From NCBI GenBank assembly GCA_016934745.1, contig JAFGSF010000053.1, positions 5,325 through 69,324 of the forward strand: a DNA stretch of 64,000 bases. The letters are read 5' to 3'. The DNA is from Candidatus Aminicenantes bacterium (GTDB lineage: Bacteria > Acidobacteriota > Aminicenantia > UBA2199). Positions 19,948-28,476 of the stretch are shown here, in pieces. The translations under genes were made by a program, and so were the position numbers. A model generated the notes under the pieces. That model was given only the letters and a program-made list of their open reading frames with translations, made no database searches and had not been told where the DNA came from. Each line of letters begins with the position of its first letter. Within the stretch, counting starts at the first letter, position 1.

Positions 19948-20942
19948 GTTATTTTCCTGTCGCTGAGGGCCATTTCAAAAAGCAGCAGCATGACGGCCAG
20001 CAGCAGGGGATATTGAAAACGGTCGATTTTTTTACTCTTCACTTTCTGGGCCAATATTTTTCTTTCGTAATGCTTCAGCATGCCGATAAACGGTTCGATA
20101 CCGGCCACGGCGCTCAACCGGTAATATTGTCCCTGGCAGCTTGAGGCGATTTTAATCAGGGTGCCTTCATCGAGCCGGGATTTGACGATATTGCCCTGGG
20201 CGTCCTTTTTCCAGCCGCTGGTTTTGCCGTTTTGATCCAGGATCGGGATCGGCGCGCCGGCGGGGATGCCGATGCCCACGGTGAAAACAGTGATTTTTTC
20301 CTTTTGCAGTTCCTTGAGCGCTTCCGGCCAGTTGTTTTCCAGGTCCTCGCCATCGGTGATCAAAATCAGCAGTTTCTGGCTGCCCCGGCTTTTTTTGAAC
20401 AAACTCAAGGCCAGGGAAAAGCCCTTGGCAAAATCGGTTCCCTGCTCCTCGGACGGGCTGATTTGCGATGCCAAGGCCATGAGCTTGAAAGCCTCGTAAT
20501 CGATGGTCAGCGGGCATTGCACGTAGGCCACGGCGGCGAAATTCACGAGGCTGACCAGGTCGGTCTTCAGAGAGTCGACAATGGTCGCGATCAGGTTTTT
20601 GGCAACCTCCAGGCGGTTGGGCTGCAGGTCCTCGGCGTTCATGGAAGCGGAGGAGTCCAGCAGGAACACGATTTCCAGGCCGCGAATATCCAGGCTTTCG
20701 AAGCGTTCCCCCCATTGCGGCCGGGCTAGGGCCAGGATAAAAAAGCACAGGGTCAACAGCAGCAGGGCCGATTTGAAAAAATCGATCTCGCGGCCGCCGC
20801 GCACAACGATCCGGGCCGCCGCCGTTTCCGAAATGAACTCGCGCAGCAGCTGCCGTTTTTTTCGGTAATTCCAGATGATCAGCAGGGTGAAGGGGATGAG
20901 CAGCAGCAGGAGAAAAAGGGCGATGGGATTGGCGAAGATCAT
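19926..20942 (-). CDS. batA: VWA-domain membrane protein (BatA/BatB type)
   Basis: 338 aa with the N-terminal TM MIFANPIALFLLLLLIPFTLLIIW typical of BatA. The VWA MIDAS motif is VFLLDSSASM, with LITDGED further on, and a C-terminal TM is present. Confidence 0.8.
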   Translation of the reverse strand: MIFANPIALFLLLLLIPFTLLIIWNYRKKRQLLREFISETAAARIVVRGGREIDFFKSALLLLTLCFFILALARPQWGERFESLDIRGLEIVFLLDSSASMNAEDLQPNRLEVAKNLIATIVDSLKTDLVSLVNFAAVAYVQCPLTIDYEAFKLMALASQISPSEEQGTDFAKGFSLALSLFKKSRGSQKLLILITDGEDLENNWPEALKELQKEKITVFTVGIGIPAGAPIPILDQNGKTSGWKKDAQGNIVKSRLDEGTLIKIASSCQGQYYRLSAVAGIEPFIGMLKHYERKILAQKVKSKKIDRFQYPLLLAVMLLLFEMALSDRKITWRKKQS

Positions 20943-21039
20943 GGTTTTTGTGAGTGAGATTCCATTTTTATCTTTTCAGCCATTTTCGCCTTGATTATAG
21001 CAAACTATGGGGGGGATTAAAAGGGAAATGTGGTTACGA

Positions 21040-21068
21040 TTTACTTCATCCAGGGAAACCGTTACAAT
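21040..21068 (+). promoter_or_regulatory. Sigma-70-like promoter TTTACT-N17-TACAAT ending 6 nt before the hom ATG
   Basis: The hexamers and spacing were read from the sequence (21040-21045 and 21063-21068). There is no Shine-Dalgarno before ATG 21075, so a leaderless mRNA is possible. Confidence 0.3.
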
Positions 21069-21074
21069 GACAGC

Positions 21075-22097
21075 ATGAAGAAAAAGCCCCTGCGCGTCGT
21101 GTTCGTCGGCTTCGGTCACGTTGCCCGGAAAATGGCCTCCATGCTGACCGCGGAACGTGAAAAATTTCCCGGCTTGTCGGGCCTTGAGCTCGAGCCGCTG
21201 GCAATTTTCACGGGGAAGCATGGAGCGTTGGTCGATCCTTCCGGGATCGATCTGGGGAAGGCATTGGCGCAATATGAAGAAAACGGCGCGTTCCCGAAAG
21301 CGTCGATGACTGTTCTTCAGGCCCTGGAAACGCTGGACTACGACGTGCTGGTCGAATTGTCGGCCCTGGACATTGCCCGGCGCGGAGAACCGGCCATTGC
21401 CCATGTGCGCGCCGCCCTGGAGCGCGGCCGCCATGCCGTCACGGCCAACAAGGGGCCGGCGGCTTTCGCCTATCGCGAGCTCAAGAACCTGGCTGAAAAA
21501 AACAAGGTGTATTTTCTTTTCGAGAGCGCGGTCATGGACGGAACCCCGATTTTCGGCCTGCCGCGCATCCTGCCCGGATGCCGGGTCGCCGGGTTTTCCG
21601 GCATCCTCAACACCACGACTAATTTCGTCATTTCCCGCCTGGAACAGGGGGAAAGCATGGATAGTGCCGTCAAGACGGCCCAGCGCCTCGGTTTCGCCGA
21701 AGCCGACCCCAGCCTGGATTTGGAAGGCTGGGACGCGGCGGCCAAGACGGCGATCCTGGCCAACGTGTTCATGGACGCCGGGATGACTCCCTTGCAGGTC
21801 GAACGCCGGGGCATTGTTGGTCTGACGGCGACCGAGGCCGGCCGGGCCCGTGACCGGGGCCGCTGCCTCAAACTGATTTGCCGCGGCTGGCTGGATAATG
21901 GAAAGGTGCGGGCGGGCGTCAGCCTGGAAGAAGTGCCCTGGGGCGAGTTTTTTGCAGCGGTCGGCGGCAAGGGATCCTGCCTGCGCATCGAGACCGACAT
22001 GCTGGGGCCGATCATGATCAACCAGGAGAAGCCCACGCTCTATGATACGGCCAGCGGCGTGCTGTTCGACCTGCTGACCGCAGCGGCGCAAGGATAA
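21075..22097 (+). CDS. hom: Homoserine dehydrogenase (short form, no obvious ACT domain)
   Basis: The N-terminus has the Rossmann motif LRVVFVGFGHVARK, and NAD_binding_3/Homoserine_dh-like motifs VTANKGP and ESAVMDGTPIF follow. An alternative GTG start at 21030 would add 15 aa. The near full-length antisense ORF is an artefact. Confidence 0.85.
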   Translation: MKKKPLRVVFVGFGHVARKMASMLTAEREKFPGLSGLELEPLAIFTGKHGALVDPSGIDLGKALAQYEENGAFPKASMTVLQALETLDYDVLVELSALDIARRGEPAIAHVRAALERGRHAVTANKGPAAFAYRELKNLAEKNKVYFLFESAVMDGTPIFGLPRILPGCRVAGFSGILNTTTNFVISRLEQGESMDSAVKTAQRLGFAEADPSLDLEGWDAAAKTAILANVFMDAGMTPLQVERRGIVGLTATEAGRARDRGRCLKLICRGWLDNGKVRAGVSLEEVPWGEFFAAVGGKGSCLRIETDMLGPIMINQEKPTLYDTASGVLFDLLTAAAQG

Positions 22098-22106
22098 GGA
22101 GAAAAA

Positions 22107-23048
22107 ATGGACATAAAAATGCGGATTGGAAAAAGTCCGGTTTTACTGTTTTCGGGCCTCGCTCTGCTGGTTGCCCTGACGGTGCCGCATCTGCCGGCGC
22201 AGGCGGTGACGGGCGTGGACGGCGACTGGGAGCAGGAACTCATCACGGAAAGGAAACAAAAGGATATTGAATTCAAAATATCGGCCATATCGCCCATGGC
22301 CGGGAAAGCGCGTTTGACGGTCAGCGCCGCGGAAAAAACTTATATTACCATCCAGGACGGGACCGTCATGGCCCAGCCCCGGGCTGGAGCCGAAACAATT
22401 TTCGCGCTGTATTCCAGGCAGGGAAAGTGGTACTGGCGTGATGCCTTCCCGGGCATCACCTGCCTTGTGGGAGACCGTGCCATTGCCCAGAACAATGAGG
22501 TGCTGCCGCCGGGAGCCCTTTTCAGGGCCGGTCGTTTTACCCTGGCCGTCTATCCCGGAACCGATGCCCTGGCCCTGATTATTTTTGACTCGCAACGGCC
22601 GCAACAGGTTGCCTTCGAGCATCTGCACTATTTTCCGCCTGACGCCCGCTACCGGGTCCGGGCACGTTTGGAAAGATTCCCCGAAAAACGGGAGGTCAGG
22701 ATCATTACCACGCGCAAGCTGGAAAAAACATTTTACCGCTACGCGCGGGTCCATTTTCAGCTGCTGGGCAAAAACCTGGTCCTGAGCGCATTGAAATCAA
22801 GCCTGGAAGGCGCCGACTCCAAATATCTTTTCATTCCCTTCAAAGACGCGACCAACGGCCGGGAATCCTACGAAGTCGGCCGCTTCATCGACGTGCCGGA
22901 ACCAAACGGGGATGAATTCATCCTCGATTTCAACCTTTGCTACAACCCGCTGTGCAATTATTCGCCAGCTTACAACTGCCCGCTGCCGCCGCTGGAAAAT
23001 TTCCTCGACATTGCCGTTCCGGCCGGAGAAAAAGTTTATCCTCATTGA
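22107..23048 (+). CDS. DUF1684-family protein, secreted
   Basis: 313 aa with a signal peptide and RBS aaggag. The C-terminal pattern YFPPDARYRV ... FNLCYNPLCNYSPAYNCPLPPLENFL matches my recollection of DUF1684. Confidence 0.65.
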   Translation: MDIKMRIGKSPVLLFSGLALLVALTVPHLPAQAVTGVDGDWEQELITERKQKDIEFKISAISPMAGKARLTVSAAEKTYITIQDGTVMAQPRAGAETIFALYSRQGKWYWRDAFPGITCLVGDRAIAQNNEVLPPGALFRAGRFTLAVYPGTDALALIIFDSQRPQQVAFEHLHYFPPDARYRVRARLERFPEKREVRIITTRKLEKTFYRYARVHFQLLGKNLVLSALKSSLEGADSKYLFIPFKDATNGRESYEVGRFIDVPEPNGDEFILDFNLCYNPLCNYSPAYNCPLPPLENFLDIAVPAGEKVYPH

Positions 23049-23068
23049 ATGAATTTTAAGGAGCAACC

Positions 23069-25603
23069 ATGAAAGCACAAATTTTTTTATGCATCGTGGC
23101 GCTGCTGTTGGCAGCGCCGCCTTTATTTTCGCAAGCACATGTCCAGAAGGTCGACCAATGGCTGGTCCTGGGACCGGCAGAAATTCTGGCTGACGGTGCG
23201 GCCCTGCCTGCAGGCAAAAGCGCGGCTTTGGATTATGATTTCCTGGAGCCCGCTCGCCTTCGCCCCATGGCCGGATCGCCGGTGCAATGGAGCACACGGC
23301 GGCAGTTCTACTGGCAAACGGGGCCGGCGCGCTTCAGCGGCGCTGCCGGCATCCAGGCGGTTTATATCGCCATTTACCTGGAAAGCTGGCGCTGGCTGCA
23401 AGCCGAGCTGACTTTGGAGGCCGATTTTCCGCTGCGGGTTTATCTGGATGGAACGGTTCTGGCCCAAGCCGCCTCCACCGGCACGGATGCGGGGAAAAAC
23501 AATTACCTGCTGACCATGGCCAATGGCAAACACCTGCTGCTGCTCAAGGGAATCTTGCCGGCCGGGGCCGGCATTTCCCATTCGCTGCAGGCCGGCTTGG
23601 CCAACCTGCCGGCGTTCCATGCCGATCCGGTCACCCTTTCCCTGGCTCCAGACCGTCGCAGCGGCATGGAAGACGTGCTGAACACCGTGAACATCACCGA
23701 GGTCCACCTGTCTCCCGACGGCAACCTGGTTGCGGTGGCCCTGAGCCAGCTTCCAGCCGGCGGGACTGAGAACGTCAAATGGCTGGAGATCCTGGAAACG
23801 CAGAAGGGCAACCGGGTGTTTACATCACAGGGCTTCGGAACAATCAGCCATTTCCAGTGGTTGAAAGATTCCCGGAGTTTTTCCTTCGGCCGCAGCAATA
23901 AAGAGCTGACCGATCTGTGCATATTCGACCTGGACCGCCGTGTCTGCCGGACCATCCTGGCCGGCATTAAAAGCTTTTCGTCCTGCTGGTGGGCTTCGGA
24001 CAATTCTTTTCTGGTCTATGCCACCGCGGTTGAAGCTGAAAAGGACAAGGCGTTCCATTATGTCAAGAAGCTTGACGACCGGACGCGCTTCCCTGAACAA
24101 CGTCAGGCGCTGACCCTGTTCTTTCCCGAATCGGGTGTTCGCCAGCCGCTGGCTAACTCCAGCGACAATTTCAGCCAGGTTCGCATCAGTCCTGACGGTC
24201 GCAGGCTGCTGCTGGCTGCATACAGTGAAGATGTCCGGGTTCGGCCCTACCATAAATATACCCTGGTGCTCTTTTCATTAACCGACGGCCGGAGGGAACA
24301 AATCCTCGCCGATCCCTGGATCGAGGACTTCCTCTGGTCTCCTGACGGCAAAAAGCTGCTGTTGCTGGGCGGACCGTCGGCTTTTGCCGGTTTGGGCAGT
24401 ACCTTGGCTGCCGGTGTGGTGCCCAATGATTTTGATGGTCAGGCCTATTCATTTGACTTGAAAACCCGTAAGGCCGAAGCGCTGAGCCGCAGGTTTGCCC
24501 CCGCCATCGGATCGGCCTTCTGGCAGCGGGGCGGCAGCATTTACTTCAAAGTGACTGACAATGACCATGCGCGTCTATACCGTTGCGCCCCGGCCGAAAA
24601 GAAATTCAAACGCCTGGCGACCGGGGTTGACGCGGTGGAAAGCGTCAGCTACTCCATGGCCAAGAAAGTAGTCTATTCCGGGTCCGGTCTGGGCATGCCG
24701 CAAAAACTATTTTTACTGAACCTGGATTCGGGGAATTCCCGGATGCTCAAGGACTATAACCCAAGCCAATTCGCCGCTGTCCGTTTCGGCCAGACCGAAA
24801 ACTGGACTTTCAAGACCCAAGAAGGCAAGACCCTCGGCGGCTACATCTGTTTTCCGCCGGCTTTCAACCCCTCCCGTCTCTATCCCTGCATTATCAATTA
24901 TTATGGCGGGACTTCGCCGATTGGACGCAATTTTGGCGGGCGCTATCCCAAGGACTGGTATGCGGCCAACGGCTACATTGTCTGCGTCCTCCAGCCCAGC
25001 GGCGCCATCGGTTACGGGCAGGAGTTTTCCAGCATTCACGTCAACGACTGGGGCGAAATTACCTCGGCCGAAATCATCCGCGGCGTGCAGGAACTGTTGC
25101 GGACCCATCCCTATATCGACAATCGCCGCGTCGGCGCCATCGGCGCCTCCTACGGCGGCTTCATGACCCAGATCCTGGCCAGCAAGAGCGAAATGTTCGC
25201 CGCCTTGGTCTCCCATGCCGGCATCAGCTCCCTTTCTTCATATTGGGGGACGGGCGATTGGGGCTACAGCTATAGCGGCGTGGCTTCGGCAAACAGTTTC
25301 CCCTGGAACCGCAAGGATATCTATGTTGGTAAAAGCCCGCTGTTCATGGCTGAACGCATTAAAAATCCGCTGCTCCTCCTCCATGGTGAAGATGATAATA
25401 ACGTGCCTCCCGGCGAAAGCTACCAGATGTTCGCCGCCCTGAAACTGCTGGGCAAGGAAGTGGCCCTGGTCACCTTCCCCGGACAGCAGCACTTCATCCT
25501 CACCCCGGCTCAGCGCGTCCGCTGGCTGCAAACCATCATGGCCTGGTTCGATCGCTGGCTGAAAGGGCAGGGGGAATGGTGGAAGGAGCTATACCCAGAG
25601 TAA
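23069..25603 (+). CDS. Secreted S9-family serine peptidase (prolyl oligopeptidase / dipeptidyl aminopeptidase type) with an N-terminal extra domain
   Basis: 844 aa with a signal peptide. It has TolB-like propeller repeats (LSPDGNLVAV, ISPDGRRLLL, WSPDGKKLLL), the nucleophile elbow GASYGGFM, and later GEDDNNVP and an HF(I) region for the Asp/His. Confidence 0.85.
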   Translation: MKAQIFLCIVALLLAAPPLFSQAHVQKVDQWLVLGPAEILADGAALPAGKSAALDYDFLEPARLRPMAGSPVQWSTRRQFYWQTGPARFSGAAGIQAVYIAIYLESWRWLQAELTLEADFPLRVYLDGTVLAQAASTGTDAGKNNYLLTMANGKHLLLLKGILPAGAGISHSLQAGLANLPAFHADPVTLSLAPDRRSGMEDVLNTVNITEVHLSPDGNLVAVALSQLPAGGTENVKWLEILETQKGNRVFTSQGFGTISHFQWLKDSRSFSFGRSNKELTDLCIFDLDRRVCRTILAGIKSFSSCWWASDNSFLVYATAVEAEKDKAFHYVKKLDDRTRFPEQRQALTLFFPESGVRQPLANSSDNFSQVRISPDGRRLLLAAYSEDVRVRPYHKYTLVLFSLTDGRREQILADPWIEDFLWSPDGKKLLLLGGPSAFAGLGSTLAAGVVPNDFDGQAYSFDLKTRKAEALSRRFAPAIGSAFWQRGGSIYFKVTDNDHARLYRCAPAEKKFKRLATGVDAVESVSYSMAKKVVYSGSGLGMPQKLFLLNLDSGNSRMLKDYNPSQFAAVRFGQTENWTFKTQEGKTLGGYICFPPAFNPSRLYPCIINYYGGTSPIGRNFGGRYPKDWYAANGYIVCVLQPSGAIGYGQEFSSIHVNDWGEITSAEIIRGVQELLRTHPYIDNRRVGAIGASYGGFMTQILASKSEMFAALVSHAGISSLSSYWGTGDWGYSYSGVASANSFPWNRKDIYVGKSPLFMAERIKNPLLLLHGEDDNNVPPGESYQMFAALKLLGKEVALVTFPGQQHFILTPAQRVRWLQTIMAWFDRWLKGQGEWWKELYPE

Positions 25604-25640
25604 TTCAACGAAATGCGTGACGCGTAATGCGTAACTAGAT

Positions 25641-25800
25641 AAGAATAAAATTCCAAATCCCAAGCATCAAATTCCAAATAAGCTCCAAGCACCAATGACC
25701 CAATTACCAAAACAAAAAAAAAGAGCATGAAAGGCTTTCGTTTGGTTCATTGGAATTTGGAACTTGGGGTTTGTTTGTAATTTGGAATTTGGTTCTTATT
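25641..25800. repeat. ~160-bp imperfect inverted repeat built on the motif AAATTCCAAAT / ATTTGGAATTT
   Basis: AAATTCCAAAT lies at 25648-25658 and 25669-25679. The exact complement ATTTGGAATTT lies at 25780-25790, with degenerate copies at about 25749-25763. CCCAAG (25659-25664) pairs with CTTGGG (25763-25768), and CCAATGACCCAA pairs approximately with TTTGGTTCATTGG. The element sits between convergent genes. Confidence 0.65.
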
Positions 25801-25820
25801 CCTCTTTCCTATAGCCTGAA

Positions 25821-26588
25821 TTAGATCTCCATCTCGGCCAGCGCCTGGTCGAAGGCTGATTGATTGATCCAGCGCCGTCGCAACATGCGGAGGGCGATGA
25901 TTTTCCTTTTGCGGTTCATGCGCCGGTTGTTGCTGGCTTTGGCGGCAAAGCTGTGCGGATTCGGCAGCACCGAGGCCAGGCGGACGGCCTGGGACAGTGA
26001 CAGTGACGCGGCCGGGCAGCGAAAATATACTCTCGCGGCGGCTTCGGCGCCATATATATCATCGCCCCATTCGATCAGGTTCAGGTAAAGCTCGAGGATG
26101 CGTTTCTTGCTCAGTACCTTTTCCAGTTTCACGGCGATGGCCGCTTCACGCAACTTGCGCCAGACGTTTTGCCCGGGATTCAAGAAAAGATTTTTGGCTA
26201 GTTGCTGGGTGATGGTCGAACCACCGCGGCGGACGTGTTTTTTTTCGATATTGGCTTCCAATGCCTGGCGCATGGAAGCCCAGTCAAAACCTTCGTGTTC
26301 AAAAAATTTATCGTCCTCGGCGATCAATACGGCCTGGATGAGGAACGGGGAGATATGCGACAACGGCACCCGCTTCCAGAGCCGGCGCGGCTTGCGCCCT
26401 TTTTGAGCGGCCTGCTCGGCGCGAAATCTCATCATCGCCGTTTCCTGCGGATTCTCCTTTTTCAACCAGCTGACATCGGGCAGGGTCAGCCAGAAGAGCA
26501 TAATGCCCAGCAATGCCAGGGCCAGGATAACGGCTGCGATGCGCAGCCACAGACGCTTTTTTCTCCTTTTTTTATCTGTCATGCCCAT
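25821..26588 (-). CDS. mtgA: Monofunctional biosynthetic peptidoglycan transglycosylase (GT51)
   Basis: It carries the GT51 motifs EDDKFFEHEGFD and RGGSTITQQLAKNLFL after one N-terminal TM. The ORF opens at a TTG at 26627, and ATG codons at 26588 and 26582 are more likely starts. Confidence 0.88.
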   Translation of the reverse strand: MGMTDKKRRKKRLWLRIAAVILALALLGIMLFWLTLPDVSWLKKENPQETAMMRFRAEQAAQKGRKPRRLWKRVPLSHISPFLIQAVLIAEDDKFFEHEGFDWASMRQALEANIEKKHVRRGGSTITQQLAKNLFLNPGQNVWRKLREAAIAVKLEKVLSKKRILELYLNLIEWGDDIYGAEAAARVYFRCPAASLSLSQAVRLASVLPNPHSFAAKASNNRRMNRKRKIIALRMLRRRWINQSAFDQALAEMEI

Positions 26589-26669
26589 GTGCAGGGCTAA
26601 TCTAAAGCAAACGGCGGCGGCTGTCAAGAAAATCCAAGTGATGTAGCCGTTTGGAGCGGAAATGGCAAA

Positions 26670-26698
26670 TTGACTTTGCTTTGCGGCTGCGGTATATT
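26670..26698 (+). promoter_or_regulatory. Sigma-70-like promoter TTGACT-N17-TATATT upstream of rfbB
   Basis: The hexamers lie at 26670-26675 and 26693-26698, 14 nt before ATG 26712. Confidence 0.45.
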
Positions 26699-26711
26699 GC
26701 TGTCAGGCAAT

Positions 26712-27791
26712 ATGAAAAAAAATACCTTGCTCGTTACCGGTGGTGCCGGTTTTATCGGGTCCAATTTCATTCACCATGTATTTAATCAGCCAGGTTTTTC
26801 AGGAAAGGTTGTTAACTACGACAGTTTAACCTATGCCGGGAACCAGGACAATCTTCTGCAAATACAGAAAAAATGGCAGGGGCAAAGATACTTTTTTATT
26901 AAGGGTGATGTCAACGACCGGCGGTTGCTGCATGATACCTTGGCTCGCTTCAAGCCGCACGCCATCGTTAATTTTGCCGCCGAAAGCCACGTGGACAGGT
27001 CCATTGACGCGCCGCTGGTTTTCATCGATACCAACATTAAAGGGACCGCGGCTCTTTTGGAAGAGGCCCTGGCCTATTGGCAATCCGCCACGGCGGCGGA
27101 AAGGGAAAAATTCAGGTTCTTGCATATCTCCACGGATGAGGTTTTCGGCACATTGGCGGAAACGGGATTGTTCAGCGAAACGACTCCCTACCGTCCCAAT
27201 TCGCCTTACGCCGCTTCGAAGGCGGCTTCCGACCACTTGCTCCATGCCTGGCATATAACATTCGGCCTGCCGGTGCTGCTGACCAACTGTTCGAACAACT
27301 ATGGCCCCTACCAGTTTCCCGAAAAACTGATCCCGCTGATGATCATCAACTGCCTTCATGAAAAGCCGCTGCCCGTTTACGGCCGGGGAGCCAATATCCG
27401 CGACTGGCTTTATGTTGCCGACCACTGCCAGGCCCTGTGGCAGGTCCTGGATGCCGGTCGAATCGGCGAGTCGTACAATATCGGCGGCGGCAATGAACTG
27501 AAAAACATTGATGTGGTCAAAAATATCTGCGCGATCATGGATGATCTCAAACCGCGAACTGGCGGCAAACCCTATCGAGAGTTGATTACGTTTGTCAGTG
27601 ATCGGCCGGGCCATGATTACCGTTACGCCATCGATTTTTCAAAAATAAAAAACGAGCTGGGCTGGAAGCCGCAGCATGGCTATCAATCGGGTCTGGCAAA
27701 AACCGTCACCTGGTATATCGATCATGAGGCCTGGTGGCGGGCTATCCAGGAAAAAAAATACGACCTGGGCCGGCTTGGGATCAGGAAATAA
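26712..27791 (+). CDS. rfbB: dTDP-glucose 4,6-dehydratase
   Basis: It has TGGAGFIGSNF, a YxxxK motif (YAASKAASDH), and the typical C-terminal WYxxxxxWW motif (WYIDHEAWW). The ORF track starts at 26670, but the ATG at 26712 gives the canonical N-terminus MKKNTLLVTGGAGFIGS. Confidence 0.93.
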   Translation: MKKNTLLVTGGAGFIGSNFIHHVFNQPGFSGKVVNYDSLTYAGNQDNLLQIQKKWQGQRYFFIKGDVNDRRLLHDTLARFKPHAIVNFAAESHVDRSIDAPLVFIDTNIKGTAALLEEALAYWQSATAAEREKFRFLHISTDEVFGTLAETGLFSETTPYRPNSPYAASKAASDHLLHAWHITFGLPVLLTNCSNNYGPYQFPEKLIPLMIINCLHEKPLPVYGRGANIRDWLYVADHCQALWQVLDAGRIGESYNIGGGNELKNIDVVKNICAIMDDLKPRTGGKPYRELITFVSDRPGHDYRYAIDFSKIKNELGWKPQHGYQSGLAKTVTWYIDHEAWWRAIQEKKYDLGRLGIRK

Positions 27792-27800
27792 AGTGAAATT

Positions 27801-28364
27801 ATGAAAATAACCGCCTGTGAAATACCTGCTGTCAAGATGATTGAACCGCGGATCATTGGTGATAGGAGAGGTCATTTTGTCGAATCCTTTCGCCATGACA
27901 AATTTACGCAGGCGGTCGGCCCGGTGAACTTTGTGCAGGAAAACGAGTCGTTTTCAACCTTTGGAGTTCTCAGGGGCCTTCATTTTCAAAAACCGCCCAT
28001 GAGCCAGGGGAAATTGGTCAGGGTGCTCAGCGGCGAAGTGCTGGATGTCGCCGTGGACATCCGCTGGGGGTCTCCATGCTACGGCATGCATGTGGCCAGG
28101 AAGTTGAATGCTGAAAACAAAAGGCAAATGTGGATTCCCTCGGGCTTTGCCCATGGCTACGTCGTTTTGAGTTCCGAAGCGATCTTTGCCTACAAGTGCG
28201 ACCAATACTATTCCCCGGATCACGAAGCCGGGATACGCTATGACGATCCGTTTTTGGCAATCGACTGGCTGCTTGCCAAGCCACAGATCATACTGTCAGA
28301 GAAAGACAAGCGGCACGATTGTTTTGAAAACGTGTTGGCCGCGAAATACTTTCAGTATAAATAA
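27801..28364 (+). CDS. rfbC: dTDP-4-dehydrorhamnose 3,5-epimerase
   Basis: 187 aa with the motifs GDRRGHFVESF, RGLHFQ, QGKLVRV and IPSGFAHGY. Confidence 0.93.
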   Translation: MKITACEIPAVKMIEPRIIGDRRGHFVESFRHDKFTQAVGPVNFVQENESFSTFGVLRGLHFQKPPMSQGKLVRVLSGEVLDVAVDIRWGSPCYGMHVARKLNAENKRQMWIPSGFAHGYVVLSSEAIFAYKCDQYYSPDHEAGIRYDDPFLAIDWLLAKPQIILSEKDKRHDCFENVLAAKYFQYK

Positions 28365-28392
28365 CCCACAATAATTTTTTTTGCCCAAAGAC

Positions 28393-28421
28393 TTGACATT
28401 GGCAGATTTTGGTATTAGAAT
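28393..28421 (+). promoter_or_regulatory. Sigma-70-like promoter TTGACA-N17-TAGAAT
   Basis: The hexamers lie at 28393-28398 and 28416-28421, about 55 nt upstream of ATG 28477, which has the RBS aaaggag. Confidence 0.5.
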
Positions 28422-28476
28422 ACTCTGCGTAATAGAGTTCTCTGGATGAAAAGTTTGTTGAAAGGAGTGCCGAACG

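Noticed and set aside
17994-20016. 307-aa and 312-aa plus-strand ORFs inside the Bat cluster
   Set aside because: They run antisense to batD/batC/batA-like genes that have signal peptides, TPR and VWA motifs. The plus-strand translations are compositionally biased and motif-free.
20976-22091. 371-aa minus-strand ORF covering nearly all of hom
   Set aside because: The translation is R/G/A/P-rich with no motifs. The plus-strand frame encodes a clear homoserine dehydrogenase, so this is a typical shadow ORF in GC-rich DNA.
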